Below, in pieces: positions 1 to 12,533 of a DNA stretch of 64,000 nucleotides. Every line of letters begins with the position of its first letter. Positions within the stretch are counted from its first letter, which is position 1. Source of the stretch: Myxococcota bacterium (GTDB taxonomy: Bacteria; Myxococcota; Kuafuiibacteriia; Kuafuiibacteriales; Kuafuiibacteriaceae); NCBI GenBank assembly GCA_036337945.1, contig JAYZDF010000062.1, positions 29,998 through 93,997 of the forward strand, read 5' to 3'. The translations under genes were made by a program, and so were the position numbers. Below the pieces are notes generated by a model. That model saw nothing but the letters and a program-made list of their open reading frames with translations. It ran no database searches and had not been told where the DNA came from.

Positions 1-2190
<2,190 letters not shown>

Positions 2191-2538
2191 TTATCGTTTA
2201 TTTTGAGCGCTTGATCTACATGATTGCAAGGGCTCAAAAATTACTGAAAATTGACTCTATCGAGGAGCAAAATCCGCGGCACCAAAGGATAGAAAAGTGA
2301 GCCAAAGAGAAGAAAAGAATGCAGCAAATTTTGACCAAAATTTTGGTGCCGAAACGGAATAGAAATAGCGCAAAAAAAGGAAAGGACATATGGTCCGGAA
2401 TAAACCCTTGCTCCGCTGAGCCTCGGGATGCGACGCATCGAGAATTTCGCTGGAAATGGGTTCAAAAATCCGCGTTGAATTCGAAATCGAGACGTTGAAG
2501 ATTTGACGCAGTAGTGATTCTCAGTCATCGCTTGAGTC

Positions 2539-4080
2539 GTGTGGTTTCGTGACCCACTTATCGCTCTTGGAGCCCTCGTAGGAGCTATCGTTACGGCACA
2601 GGTCCTTTTCGCGGGGCCATATCTTCCGTATATTGATTGGTCGAATCACTTAGCTTTGATTTCGGTCCTCGCTCATGGGGGAGAATCGGGAGCTCTCGAC
2701 TTCATGACAAGGTCTTGGGCACCGACACCCTATTTATTTTTTTATGGGTTAAGCGCGGGGTTTGCTCAATTTACGACCGTAGACGCAGCAGCCAAATTAT
2801 CACTGGTCGTTTCGGCCTTTGGATACACAATGAGTCTCAGCGCGCTGGCTGCTGCATTAGGCCGAGATCCTCGACAGGGACTCGTAGCACCCCTCGCCTT
2901 TTTTGGCGTGAGTATGGGTTACGGCTTCGCCAGTTTCGTATTTGCCACTCCTTTTTTGTTTTTCACTCTTGCAGCTGCTGAACCCATCTTTCGGGAAAAG
3001 GCCAAACCGCATCATAATTTCCTTTTGGGGCTTTGGCTGATTTGCGCCTACTTGGGACACGCACTCATTTTTTTGACCGCTGCCCTCTTGCTGCTTTCTC
3101 GAGGAATCTTAGGGGTCCTCGTTGAAAAGAGATTTAGGCCCTGGTTTCAAATAGGTCTGGCATCGCTGCCCGCAATTCTTTTGGCGATACCGGCGACATT
3201 TGAACACGTGTCACAACCTTGGACCGAGGCTGGGAGTGCGGCAGAAGGTCCCAAGCAATGGTTTTATTTCGTAAGTATTTCGCAGCATATCGCTGGTTTT
3301 TGGGGGCATTTGCTGGAGCGCGGTTCAAGCGCTCATATTTTGGTGATGAAAAGCGCCGCGGCATTGTGGCTCGTTTGGCTCGTCATTGGTTTTTTTAGGC
3401 CTCGAGCGCGCACAGGTGCGGCGCGCCTCAGCCTTTTGGTTTATGTCGGAGGAATCACTGCTTTATTTGTGGTTGGCCCGAACTCAATGGAATGGCCCTC
3501 TTCCCTTTGGATGATTTATCCCCGCTTTGGGGTGATCGCCGCGATGGCTTTATTTATTCTTCCTCGACCGGGCTTTCAAGGACGCTGGGGCGTCCTATTT
3601 GCTTCTTGCGGAATTGTCTTGGTGATGTGGAATGGCTCCATCAACCGGAGCCATATAGAGAGATTCAATCAATGGGCTAAAAAATACGAACCGGTTCGTA
3701 AACTCATTCCAAAAGGAGCAAGAGTACTCGCTCTCACGGTGCCTCAGGGAAGAGACTTGACTCACAATCATCCGGCACTTGGATCTCTGTATTTTTATCA
3801 CATGGTCGATGGGGCGAGTTATGTGTCTTTCATGTTTGACGCAGCCGCACTTCCTATTCGCCAAATCGATCGAAGAAAGCCAAGAGCACCTTTTTGGAAA
3901 ACGCCGCATGCATTCGATCCGAAGATTCATGGAATTGATTTTGATTACTTGGTGCTACGGGGGAAAGGGCTTGTAAGCCGAACCGATCGCGCGGCGTTAC
4001 ACACCAAGCTCGGCTCCCCCAATGGTTGGACCGTGTACAAAACAAAAAACCCGAGTCCAAGACCGGGAAAACAACGCTGA
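2539..4080 (+). CDS. polytopic integral membrane protein, GTG start, with a C-terminal soluble domain; function unknown
   Basis: 513-aa ORF with many hydrophobic helices (LIALGALVGAIVTAQVLFAG, WLICAYLGHALIFLTAALLLL and others); no recognisable catalytic motif. Confidence 0.5.
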   Translation: MWFRDPLIALGALVGAIVTAQVLFAGPYLPYIDWSNHLALISVLAHGGESGALDFMTRSWAPTPYLFFYGLSAGFAQFTTVDAAAKLSLVVSAFGYTMSLSALAAALGRDPRQGLVAPLAFFGVSMGYGFASFVFATPFLFFTLAAAEPIFREKAKPHHNFLLGLWLICAYLGHALIFLTAALLLLSRGILGVLVEKRFRPWFQIGLASLPAILLAIPATFEHVSQPWTEAGSAAEGPKQWFYFVSISQHIAGFWGHLLERGSSAHILVMKSAAALWLVWLVIGFFRPRARTGAARLSLLVYVGGITALFVVGPNSMEWPSSLWMIYPRFGVIAAMALFILPRPGFQGRWGVLFASCGIVLVMWNGSINRSHIERFNQWAKKYEPVRKLIPKGARVLALTVPQGRDLTHNHPALGSLYFYHMVDGASYVSFMFDAAALPIRQIDRRKPRAPFWKTPHAFDPKIHGIDFDYLVLRGKGLVSRTDRAALHTKLGSPNGWTVYKTKNPSPRPGKQR

Positions 4081-4145
4081 GCGAACAAGTTTTTATTATT
4101 TCGGAAAAAGCAGGAAGCCCTTTGGTAGCGCCAAAGCACTTTGAC

Positions 4146-7016
4146 CTAACGAGCCGCCTTTGCGGACTTCCCGACTTTTTTTGACCGACGAGCTTTTTTG
4201 GCTGGCAGCATCGGCTTGAGAAACTGGCCTGTATGACTTTTTTTGTACGACGCAATTTTCTCAGGTGTTCCTTCAACGAGTATGCGACCACCACCAGAGC
4301 CACCCTCAGGTCCGAGATCAATAATCCAATCCGCGGTTTTGATGACGTCTAAATTATGTTCGATGACGACAACGGTGTTCCCTTGTTCAACGAGACGGTG
4401 AAGAACCTGGAGAAGCTTGGCAACATCATCAAAATGCAAGCCTGTCGTAGGTTCGTCTAAAACAAACAACGTTCGTCCGGTCGACCGTTTTGAAAGTTCT
4501 TTTGCCAGCTTTACGCGTTGAGCTTCGCCGCCTGAGAGCGTCGTGGCTTGTTGTCCTAAGCGAATATAGCCAAGCCCCACATCGACAAGTGTTTTTAGCT
4601 TCTTCTGAATTGCAGGAACCTTAGAGAAGAACTCTAAAGCATCGGCAGCCGTCATTTCGAGAACGTCAGCAATCGAGGCGCCTTTGTATTGAATTTGCAA
4701 CGTCTCACGGTTGTATCGTCGCCCCTTGCAGACCTCGCAGGTTACATAAACGTCTGGTAAAAAGTGCATTTCAATACGCTTGACGCCGTCCCCTTCGCAA
4801 GACTCACAACGACCGCCTTTGACGTTGAAGCTAAACCTTCCGGGCTTATAACCTCGAATTTTTGATTCTGGGAGAGCCGAGAAGATATCGCGAATGTGAC
4901 CGAATACGCCGGTATAAGTGGCTGGATTTGATCGAGGAGTTCGTCCAATCGGTGATTGGTCGATGTCAATCACCTTATCAATGGCGTCCAGGCCTTCGAT
5001 CGACTTATGTTTAGCGGGTTCATCTCGACTTCCATAAATATTTTGGGCAACGGCTTTGTACAATGTCTCATTGACTAAGGTCGATTTACCGCTTCCGGAA
5101 ACGCCGGTGACACAAACCAGAACACCCAAGGGAAACTCAACATCGACGCCCTTCAAATTGTTTCCGCTTGCACCTCGTACCCATATAGACTCTGGTTTTG
5201 GTGTACGACGGACGGTAGGTACTTCAATCTTCTTTCGGCCCGAGAGGTATTGACCGGTTAGAGATTTCTTATCTTTTTCTACTTTTGACGGTTTTCCTGC
5301 GCAAACGACATCACCACCGTGGCGACCTGCTCCAGGACCCATATCGATCACCCAGTCAGACTGACGAATCGTGTCTTCGTCATGTTCGACAACCAACACT
5401 GTATTCCCGAGATCACGAAGTCGCTTCAAAGTAGCAAGTAATCGCTCGTTGTCACGTTGGTGTAAACCAATTGAAGGTTCGTCCAAGATATACAAAACGC
5501 CAACAAGAGAACTGCCTATCTGGGTTGCCAATCGTATTCGCTGGCTTTCACCGCCTGACAAGCTCCCTGCTTTTCGGTCCAAAGTGAGATAGTTGAGACC
5601 CACCGCGCTCAAGAAACCGAGTCTTTCGTTAATTTCTTTGAGGATTCTTTCACCGATTTGTTGTTCCGTCTCGTCTAACGAAAGATTGGCGAAAAACTCG
5701 AGCGCTTTTTCAATCGGAAGTGCGGTGAGTACGTGAATAGGAATGTCGTCGATGGTAACAACTCGAGCCTCAGGCCGAAGTCGTGCGCCATCGCACGAGG
5801 GACAGGTATGAAGTCGCTGATAATCGAGCAATCGTTCACGCACACGATCGCGTTCAGCATCACGCAAACGCCGTTCAAGACTCGGGATCACACCCTCGAA
5901 AGGTTTCTTAAAAGAATATCGACTATCCGCGCCACGATAGGTCACCTTGATTTCTTCTTCACCTGACCCATACATGACAATGTCTCGAAACTTCTTCGGT
6001 AGTTTCTTCCAGGGCTTTGCATAGGATTGTTTGTAGTGATTACATAGAGCGGATAGCACCGGGTTGTACCAGGCCGCTTTTCTCGCCCAAGGGGCAATCA
6101 CACCTTCCGCAAGAGATTTATCAGGGTCAGAAATAATAAGTTTTTCGTCAAAACTGGAAACTTGACCGAGACCACTGCACGTCTGGCAGGCACCTTGGGG
6201 ACTATTGAAAGAGAATGTACGCGGTTCAATTTCCGGCAACGAGATTCCACACTCCAAGCAGGTAAGCTTTTCAGACCAAAGGGCTTCATCCTGAGTATCA
6301 TGGTTAACAATGCGTAGAAGGCCCTCGGATTTTTTTAACGCCAGCTCTACAGAGTCAGCGATTCGCTGACGCGCGGAAGGTTTCACTACGACGCGATCTA
6401 CGACCACGTCGATATCGTGTTTTCGTCGCTTATCGAGTTCGATATTTTCACTGAGCTCCCGCATTTTTCCGTCGACACGGACGCGAGCAAACCCGTCTTT
6501 TCGAAGCTGTAAAAACATTTGTCGATACTCGCCTTTGCGGCCTCTGACCAAAGGCGCCATCAATACGAGTCGGGTTCCTTCCGCCTTAAGCATGAGACGA
6601 TCAATCATTTGTTCTGCAGTTTGTCGGGACACTGGTTTGCCGCATCCCGGGCAGGCAGGACGGCCTACGCGTGCGTAAAGCAAACGCAGGTAGTCATAGA
6701 CTTCGGTCACGGTCGCGACGGTGGATCTTGGGTTTTGGGAGGTTGTTTTTTGTTCGATCGCAATCGCCGGCGACAAACCTTCGATGGCATCAACATCTGG
6801 CTTACTCATTTGGTCGAGGAATTGACGAGCATAGGCGCTGAGCGACTCCACGTATCTGCGCTGTCCTTCAGCGTAAATCGTGTCGAATGCGAGAGTGCTT
6901 TTCCCTGAGCCAGACACGCCGGTCACCACAACTAACTGGTCCCGAGGAATGTCGAGACTCAGGTCTTTGAGATTGTGTTCACGTGCGCCACGAATTTCGA
7001 TGCTTTCGGAGGCCAT
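4146..7016 (-). CDS. uvrA: excinuclease ABC subunit A
   Basis: 956 aa; two ABC ATPase modules with Walker [11 protein letters not shown] twice, zinc-finger Cys pairs, and an N-terminus [55 protein letters not shown] typical of UvrA. Confidence 0.95.
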   Translation of the reverse strand: MASESIEIRGAREHNLKDLSLDIPRDQLVVVTGVSGSGKSTLAFDTIYAEGQRRYVESLSAYARQFLDQMSKPDVDAIEGLSPAIAIEQKTTSQNPRSTVATVTEVYDYLRLLYARVGRPACPGCGKPVSRQTAEQMIDRLMLKAEGTRLVLMAPLVRGRKGEYRQMFLQLRKDGFARVRVDGKMRELSENIELDKRRKHDIDVVVDRVVVKPSARQRIADSVELALKKSEGLLRIVNHDTQDEALWSEKLTCLECGISLPEIEPRTFSFNSPQGACQTCSGLGQVSSFDEKLIISDPDKSLAEGVIAPWARKAAWYNPVLSALCNHYKQSYAKPWKKLPKKFRDIVMYGSGEEEIKVTYRGADSRYSFKKPFEGVIPSLERRLRDAERDRVRERLLDYQRLHTCPSCDGARLRPEARVVTIDDIPIHVLTALPIEKALEFFANLSLDETEQQIGERILKEINERLGFLSAVGLNYLTLDRKAGSLSGGESQRIRLATQIGSSLVGVLYILDEPSIGLHQRDNERLLATLKRLRDLGNTVLVVEHDEDTIRQSDWVIDMGPGAGRHGGDVVCAGKPSKVEKDKKSLTGQYLSGRKKIEVPTVRRTPKPESIWVRGASGNNLKGVDVEFPLGVLVCVTGVSGSGKSTLVNETLYKAVAQNIYGSRDEPAKHKSIEGLDAIDKVIDIDQSPIGRTPRSNPATYTGVFGHIRDIFSALPESKIRGYKPGRFSFNVKGGRCESCEGDGVKRIEMHFLPDVYVTCEVCKGRRYNRETLQIQYKGASIADVLEMTAADALEFFSKVPAIQKKLKTLVDVGLGYIRLGQQATTLSGGEAQRVKLAKELSKRSTGRTLFVLDEPTTGLHFDDVAKLLQVLHRLVEQGNTVVVIEHNLDVIKTADWIIDLGPEGGSGGGRILVEGTPEKIASYKKSHTGQFLKPMLPAKKARRSKKVGKSAKAAR

Positions 7017-7066
7017 AGACTAAAGCAAGGTGTAGTCACCAAAACCCTTAGTGAGCAACGAATACT

Positions 7067-7516
7067 TTAGGTTGTGGACAATCCTTGATCTCGAATTTTT
7101 CGAATTTCCTCGGGGGAGTACAAACGACCAGTGGGCGAATCCATTCCCGGGCAGTCTTGCCGCGCTTCATTCCAAGCATCCTCATCATCGAGGAGTTCGG
7201 ACCAAAACGGAAAAGTGCGGCATTGAGAAGGCTTGACAGCATGGACTCGACAACGAAGCTTATCGTCCAAAAGTGGACAGCCCTTCCCTTCTTTCGCAAG
7301 CAAAACAGGCTGCTCTGACGCGGGGTCATACTCCACCCGAAATGTCGTTCGAAAGACCTCCTGAGTCATTTTGAGATGAGCCGCCATTTGCGTAAGCTCC
7401 TCAGTATGCAGGTAAACGAGCCCGTCCTTGAGACAGCAATGACCGCATTGAGTACAGGAAAAACGGCGACCATTGAGGATGTGTAAGGCGGAACTCACGG
7501 GTGAAAAATAACACAT
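7067..7516 (-). CDS. YkgJ-family (UPF0153) Cys-cluster putative Fe-S/zinc protein
   Basis: CTQCGHCC motif followed by KGCPLL...LRCRVHAVKPSQC, characteristic of the CxxCxxCC YkgJ family. Confidence 0.6.
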   Translation of the reverse strand: MCYFSPVSSALHILNGRRFSCTQCGHCCLKDGLVYLHTEELTQMAAHLKMTQEVFRTTFRVEYDPASEQPVLLAKEGKGCPLLDDKLRCRVHAVKPSQCRTFPFWSELLDDEDAWNEARQDCPGMDSPTGRLYSPEEIRKIRDQGLSTT

Positions 7517-7575
7517 CCTGAGTTCAAACCGAGAAAGTCATAGCCTTTCGAACCGTAAATGCTACGGTCAGATAT

Positions 7576-8238
7576 ATGCCTTCAAGAGCGGAGAAAACCC
7601 TTAGGGAGCACGAGCGACTCCTAGAATGCGAACGGCGATTATGGTCGGGCGGGTATCAAAGAATTGCAGGACTTGATGAGGCTGGCGCTGGTCCCTGGGC
7701 TGGTCCAGTCAGTGCTGGCTGCGTCATACTCGACCGGAGCAAACTGGACACACTCGTTGGCGTCACTGATAGCAAAAAACTGAGCCACGAAAAACGAGTT
7801 CAATTTGCCAAACGGATTGAAGAAAGCGCTTTCGCGTATGGCGTGGGGATCGCTAGCCCCGAAGAAATAGACACAATAAATATTCGGCAGGCGAGCCTCC
7901 TTGCGATGCGCCGAGCGTTGGAGAATGCGGTCGCGCGATGTGCCGAGGTGGACTATTTATTGATTGATGCTCGAAAATTGGAGGGTGTAGAGGTTCCGCA
8001 AGAAAATATCATTCGAGGAGACTCAACCTCCCTTTCGATCGCAGCGGCATCTATCCTGGCCAAAGTACACAGAGACAAAATTATGTTTGAAGCTGCCAAA
8101 AACTTTCCTGGTTATGGGTTTGAGAAACACAAAGGATACGGAACCAAACAGCACCAAGAAGCCCTCGATGAGTTGGGCGTCACGCCGATTCATCGCAAGA
8201 GTTTTGCCCCTGTTAGGGTCCGTCTTGAAGCAGAATGA
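7576..8238 (+). CDS. rnhB: ribonuclease HII
   Basis: 220 aa; IAGLDEAGAGPWAGPV catalytic region and typical RNase HII length and C-terminus. Note DEAGAG instead of the usual DEAGRG. Confidence 0.85.
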   Translation: MPSRAEKTLREHERLLECERRLWSGGYQRIAGLDEAGAGPWAGPVSAGCVILDRSKLDTLVGVTDSKKLSHEKRVQFAKRIEESAFAYGVGIASPEEIDTINIRQASLLAMRRALENAVARCAEVDYLLIDARKLEGVEVPQENIIRGDSTSLSIAAASILAKVHRDKIMFEAAKNFPGYGFEKHKGYGTKQHQEALDELGVTPIHRKSFAPVRVRLEAE

Positions 8239-8309
8239 TGCCGAGCATCACAAAATATTGAGCTTGGGCTCTCGTCATCTGTTCTCAATCATGACACTCC
8301 TTAGGGGTC

Positions 8310-9542
8310 TTGGCTGAGAACATTCCATTCGCGGGCCGTATTGGAAAATACGACCTGGTCAAACGATTGGCAGCTGGCGGCATGGCCGACATTTGGCTAG
8401 CACAGGAATTTACGCAAAGAGGTTATGAACGAACAGCCGTAGTGAAAACGATTCGAGGCGACCTCGTCGATGAAGAAGATCTTATTCAAATGCTTTTTGA
8501 CGAAGCTCGAATAGCGAGATGTCTGAAACACGAAAATATTGTTGAGCTGTATGAGGTTGGGGAAGAGAACGACACCCACTATATGGCCATGGAATTTGTA
8601 TTCGGTCGAGATTTGCGTCAAATCCGTGATTTGTGTCTTGAACGCGGGATAAGGATTCCTAATGAACACGTTGTGACCATCTTGATATGCGTGCTGAACG
8701 CATTGCAATATGCCTACCACGAAGCGACTTACGACGGACGTCCACTCAATGTTATTCACAGAGATGTGTCGCCGCAAAACATCATTATTGGCTTTGATGG
8801 TCAGGTTAAACTTCTCGACTTCGGTATTGCCAAGGCTTCTGCACAACTTTCTCGAACACGAGCTGGGGTACTCAAAGGCAAATATGGTTACATGTCTCCC
8901 GAACAAGTCGATTTGAAGCCTCTTGATCAGCGGGCAGACCTCTTTTCCGCAGGGATTGTGTTGTGGGAAATGCTCACGCTCCAGCGCCTGTTTTATCGCA
9001 AGAACGAATATGAAACGGTTCGAGCAGTCTTAGACTGTCGGGTTCCCTTTGCGAGAACAATCAAAAAAGATATCGACTGGCGGTTAGCAATGGTCGCTTT
9101 TCGAGCTCTCCAAAAGCGGACGGGCTGGAGATACCGGAGTGCCGAACACATGGCGGAGACCTTGAAAAAATGGCAAGGGTACAATCCGAAAGGTGCACAT
9201 GCACGGCTAGCCAACTGGCTCTCTGACCTCTATAGCGACAACCTCAGAGCAAGAGACGCAAATTTATTACGAGTGACCGAAGAACCCACCATGCACCGAC
9301 GCATTCGAGACGCAGGTTTCGAACTCGTTGAGGAACCCACCTATCGGGGAGACCGACCCCTACCCCCAGCGAAACGTGCGCGAGCGACTACACAAGTTCA
9401 AGGACCGCGCGGGCGCGCGGGTTGGATGGGACTGATATCGTCCATTGTGGAAGAAGGAAAGGGTTTTTACTTGGTGCTTTTACTGATTATCGTGACCGCT
9501 TTGGCGGTCGGTGTTTTTCTTGCCAATATTCAGGCCCAGTAG
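8310..9542 (+). CDS. Ser/Thr protein kinase (Hanks type) with C-terminal membrane anchor; TTG start
   Basis: HRDVSPQNIII catalytic loop, DFGIAK, YMSPEQ, VVKTI lysine; the glycine loop reads LAAGGMADIWLA (AxGxxA variant). C-terminal TM LVLLLIIVTALAVGVFLANI. Confidence 0.8.
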   Translation: MAENIPFAGRIGKYDLVKRLAAGGMADIWLAQEFTQRGYERTAVVKTIRGDLVDEEDLIQMLFDEARIARCLKHENIVELYEVGEENDTHYMAMEFVFGRDLRQIRDLCLERGIRIPNEHVVTILICVLNALQYAYHEATYDGRPLNVIHRDVSPQNIIIGFDGQVKLLDFGIAKASAQLSRTRAGVLKGKYGYMSPEQVDLKPLDQRADLFSAGIVLWEMLTLQRLFYRKNEYETVRAVLDCRVPFARTIKKDIDWRLAMVAFRALQKRTGWRYRSAEHMAETLKKWQGYNPKGAHARLANWLSDLYSDNLRARDANLLRVTEEPTMHRRIRDAGFELVEEPTYRGDRPLPPAKRARATTQVQGPRGRAGWMGLISSIVEEGKGFYLVLLLIIVTALAVGVFLANIQAQ

Positions 9543-9609
9543 TCGGACACGTATTCAACTGTTTTAGACTTGCCAGCCGAAGTGCTTTTTTGTGTAGTCA
9601 GACCTCATT

Positions 9610-10059
9610 ATGACGACTGCACGCGAGTTACTGATTGAAATGCCGACGGAAAAATTTGCGGAGATCATCAACGCTTCACCGAGAAACTTCCGTGAAGAGC
9701 TGTTCCGTGCAGCCGGTGTAAAAGCAAAGTCCGGTATGTTCGCGGTCAAAAGTGCCAGCAAGAGCACGATCAAAGCAAAGAAACTTCATGAAAGCGTAAA
9801 GAAAGGCTTCGAAATAGAAAACGATGTGGGTGAAGAACTCATTCGAAACTACCTGTTTACCCGACGAGACATGCTTGGAGCTGCGTTGACAGCACTGGGC
9901 GTAGAACACGATCACGGTCTAACGGACGAAGACCTAGATACGATTGTAGAAGAACTCTCATCTGAGAAATCAAAAGCACTAAAAGCCGAACTAAGTGAGA
10001 GTCACAGCCCATTTGATGTAGACCTGTATATGCGGTTCATGAATTTTCCGGGAATCTAG
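9610..10059 (+). CDS. hypothetical acidic protein
   Basis: 149-aa ORF downstream of the kinase; no recognisable motifs. Confidence 0.4.
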   Translation: MTTARELLIEMPTEKFAEIINASPRNFREELFRAAGVKAKSGMFAVKSASKSTIKAKKLHESVKKGFEIENDVGEELIRNYLFTRRDMLGAALTALGVEHDHGLTDEDLDTIVEELSSEKSKALKAELSESHSPFDVDLYMRFMNFPGI

Positions 10060-10132
10060 ATTCTTCGGTAAATCTTTTTCACAAATCAATATGACCTATC
10101 AGCCTTCGTGAGCCTGTGCCATTAATAGGGTT

Positions 10133-12007
10133 GTGTCGAAGTTCCGCCAACGACCTGCTCTGGTTATTTCCGTTATTGGTACCGTCACGCTGCTGGCTAT
10201 CGGGATTTGGCTCCTTACTTCTTTTTTGGCTCACTTTTCCTCAGTTCCTAATGACGGATACTTAGGAACAACAAAAACTACGACAATCAGCGAGACCGCC
10301 CCTCCCCTTCGCCTCGCAAACCAAAAAGAAGAGACACGTCTAAAAAGGGAACAAAGTGAGTCGGGCAGTCCCTTTTCAAACATTAGAGTTTCAGGTCGTG
10401 TCTACGATGCAGCAACGAGTCGCGGAATAGCGAATGCGATCGTAACAATCAAAGTTTTGGATAACGCTATTTTTCCGGGCGCCGATCAAGACGCGAGAAA
10501 ACTCACTGTAGAAACTGACTCCGCTGGTTATTACGATGCGAAAGGAATTCCGCCGGGCCTATTTGAATTCAGAGCAGAGGCGACTGGATATTTTCCCAAC
10601 ACAGTTCAAATACGAAAATATGACGTGATTGAAAACGATGAGGGCATCGACCTCGCCTTACGAGAATCAATCGTCGTAGAAGGCCTTGTTCAAAATGAAG
10701 CGATGCAACCGGTAGAAAACGCCAAAATTATTGCGAGCTCAACGATAGAGAAAAGATACATCACCGCAGCTGACCCGAACGCGAGAAGTGATCGATTAGG
10801 ACGCTTCATCATCGACCCTGTTTCCAAACAAACGAGACAATTATTTGCCTTTCATCCTGACTATGAACCAACACTCGTTTCTATTCCCGCAGGAAAATCC
10901 GCGGTAAAATCCATGAAAATTACCTTGAAGAAAGGACACGAGCTTTTCGGGAAGGTCATTGGAAACTCCGGCCCTTTAGTTAACGCTACAGTGGGCTTCG
11001 AGTTTTTGAGTACAGAAAAACAGTCACTGTATGTTCAAGGAATGGAAGACCAGTTGAGCACAAAAACAAATACACTCGGTGAATACCAGATCCATGCATC
11101 GACGAAGAAAACGCAAGGGCTGTTCGCTGTCGCAGAAGGCTATCAAAAGCAGAGAAAGAGAATAAAATTTAGTCAGGCAAAAGAGCAAATTGATTTTAAT
11201 CTGAAGCCCGCCAAAACAGCTTCGGGGCAAGTTGTCTTGCAAAATGGGAGGCCTGTCGTCGGTGCGAGGATAGGTTTTCGTTCAGCGGTGACCAATGAGA
11301 ACCAACAGCAAAACAAAAGCGATACTGGGATCGCCAGCGCTGTTGGAACAACAGATCGCAAAGGGAATTTTTCAGTGAGTGGGATCGGCGGAGAGCCACC
11401 GTATAATGTTTATATTCGTGCGCCGGGCGCGCCTTCCCATTTTGACCTGGCTGACGACCTCGATCGCCCTCTTCTCTTTACGATCGCATCTGGCTCGAGC
11501 ATCAGCGGTCGAATCGAAGCCGCAGATACCGGAGACGCGATTACCCGCTTCGCCTACTACGTATCAGGTTCATGTGGAGCCAGAGGAGGAGGTCAAGCAA
11601 GTAGCCCGTCCGGCAAGTTCGTCATTGATGGTCTCAAAGCAGGAACGTGTACGATACGCTTTCGAGCAGAAGGCTATGCGGAATCTAAAATTGAAAATAT
11701 TGAGCTCCTCGCAAATGAGGAAAGAAATGATTTGGTCATAGGTATGCAACCCGGCGCGAGCATTTTTGGCCAAGTACAAGGGACAAAACAGGACAAGAAA
11801 ATCTATGTCTTCGCGCAGCATTACGAAAACGGAAAAAAATCGAGATTGTATTCAGCGCGCGTTGAGACAGATGGCAGCTTTCAATTTGAAAATCTGCCGG
11901 AAGGCAATTTTCAGCTTTATTTACAAGGCTTTAGCAGTACTACTCCTGTGACTCTACGGGCCGGAGAAGCAAAATTAGACATTTCTCTCATCGCTTCAGA
12001 TGAGTAA
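10133..12007 (+). CDS. membrane-anchored or secreted protein with repeated carboxypeptidase-regulatory-like (CarbopepD_reg) beta-sandwich domains; GTG start
   Basis: N-terminal TM LVISVIGTVTLLAIGIWLL; repeated motifs RVSGRVYDAATSRGIANAIVTIKV, SGQVVLQNGRPVVGARIGF, ISGRIEAADTGDAI and IFGQVQG. Confidence 0.5.
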   Translation: MSKFRQRPALVISVIGTVTLLAIGIWLLTSFLAHFSSVPNDGYLGTTKTTTISETAPPLRLANQKEETRLKREQSESGSPFSNIRVSGRVYDAATSRGIANAIVTIKVLDNAIFPGADQDARKLTVETDSAGYYDAKGIPPGLFEFRAEATGYFPNTVQIRKYDVIENDEGIDLALRESIVVEGLVQNEAMQPVENAKIIASSTIEKRYITAADPNARSDRLGRFIIDPVSKQTRQLFAFHPDYEPTLVSIPAGKSAVKSMKITLKKGHELFGKVIGNSGPLVNATVGFEFLSTEKQSLYVQGMEDQLSTKTNTLGEYQIHASTKKTQGLFAVAEGYQKQRKRIKFSQAKEQIDFNLKPAKTASGQVVLQNGRPVVGARIGFRSAVTNENQQQNKSDTGIASAVGTTDRKGNFSVSGIGGEPPYNVYIRAPGAPSHFDLADDLDRPLLFTIASGSSISGRIEAADTGDAITRFAYYVSGSCGARGGGQASSPSGKFVIDGLKAGTCTIRFRAEGYAESKIENIELLANEERNDLVIGMQPGASIFGQVQGTKQDKKIYVFAQHYENGKKSRLYSARVETDGSFQFENLPEGNFQLYLQGFSSTTPVTLRAGEAKLDISLIASDE

Positions 12008-12194
12008 ATTAACTTAAACCGGTCACAATCCAAAATACTTTTAGTGGTCTATAACACCTCTGGTAAAGCCCCTCTGCCGTTATTATGTTGCGCCGCAGTG
12101 CTTCGGATACCATTGTTTGTCTCTCAGAATTGGAAAATTAAATATATTAAATAATTAATTTCCTAAAACTCATTTATATAATATTTTATTACCA

Positions 12195-12533
12195 ATGGGT
12201 CGGCCTCGTAAAAATAAAACAAACCAATTTGCAGTCGCTCTTGCAGAGGAAATTGAGCTGCAAAATGAGTCTAGAATTAATTTCAGAATTAGGCAGGAAA
12301 GAGTATTTTTTATGGAAAAAATTTTAAGTCTGACAGAATATATAGAGAAACTTGAAGGTCGAATTGAGAAGCTAGAAAGTCTAATTCAGAAACAACAACG
12401 AAGACCACTTGGGCGATGGGTGCCAGGTGGGCCAGGGCGGCCCCCAAAAGATGCCGCAGAAAGAATCGCCGCTTTCACGAAAAAAAGTGAAATGAACGGA
12501 ACGGAAGTGGAGAACAAAGATGTTGGGGGTTGA
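12195..12533 (+). CDS. small coiled-coil protein with N- and C-terminal AT-hook-like motifs
   Basis: MGRPRKNK at the N-terminus and PGGPGRPPKD near the C-terminus (GRP cores flanked by basic residues), with a central heptad region EYIEKLEGRIEKLESLIQKQQ. Overlaps the next gene by 14 nt. Confidence 0.5.
   Translation: MGRPRKNKTNQFAVALAEEIELQNESRINFRIRQERVFFMEKILSLTEYIEKLEGRIEKLESLIQKQQRRPLGRWVPGGPGRPPKDAAERIAAFTKKSEMNGTEVENKDVGG

Noticed and set aside
4081-4145. Small hairpin CTTTGG-tagcg-CCAAAG between the convergent membrane-protein gene and uvrA as a terminator
   Set aside because: The 6-bp stem is weak and has no clear U-tract on either strand.
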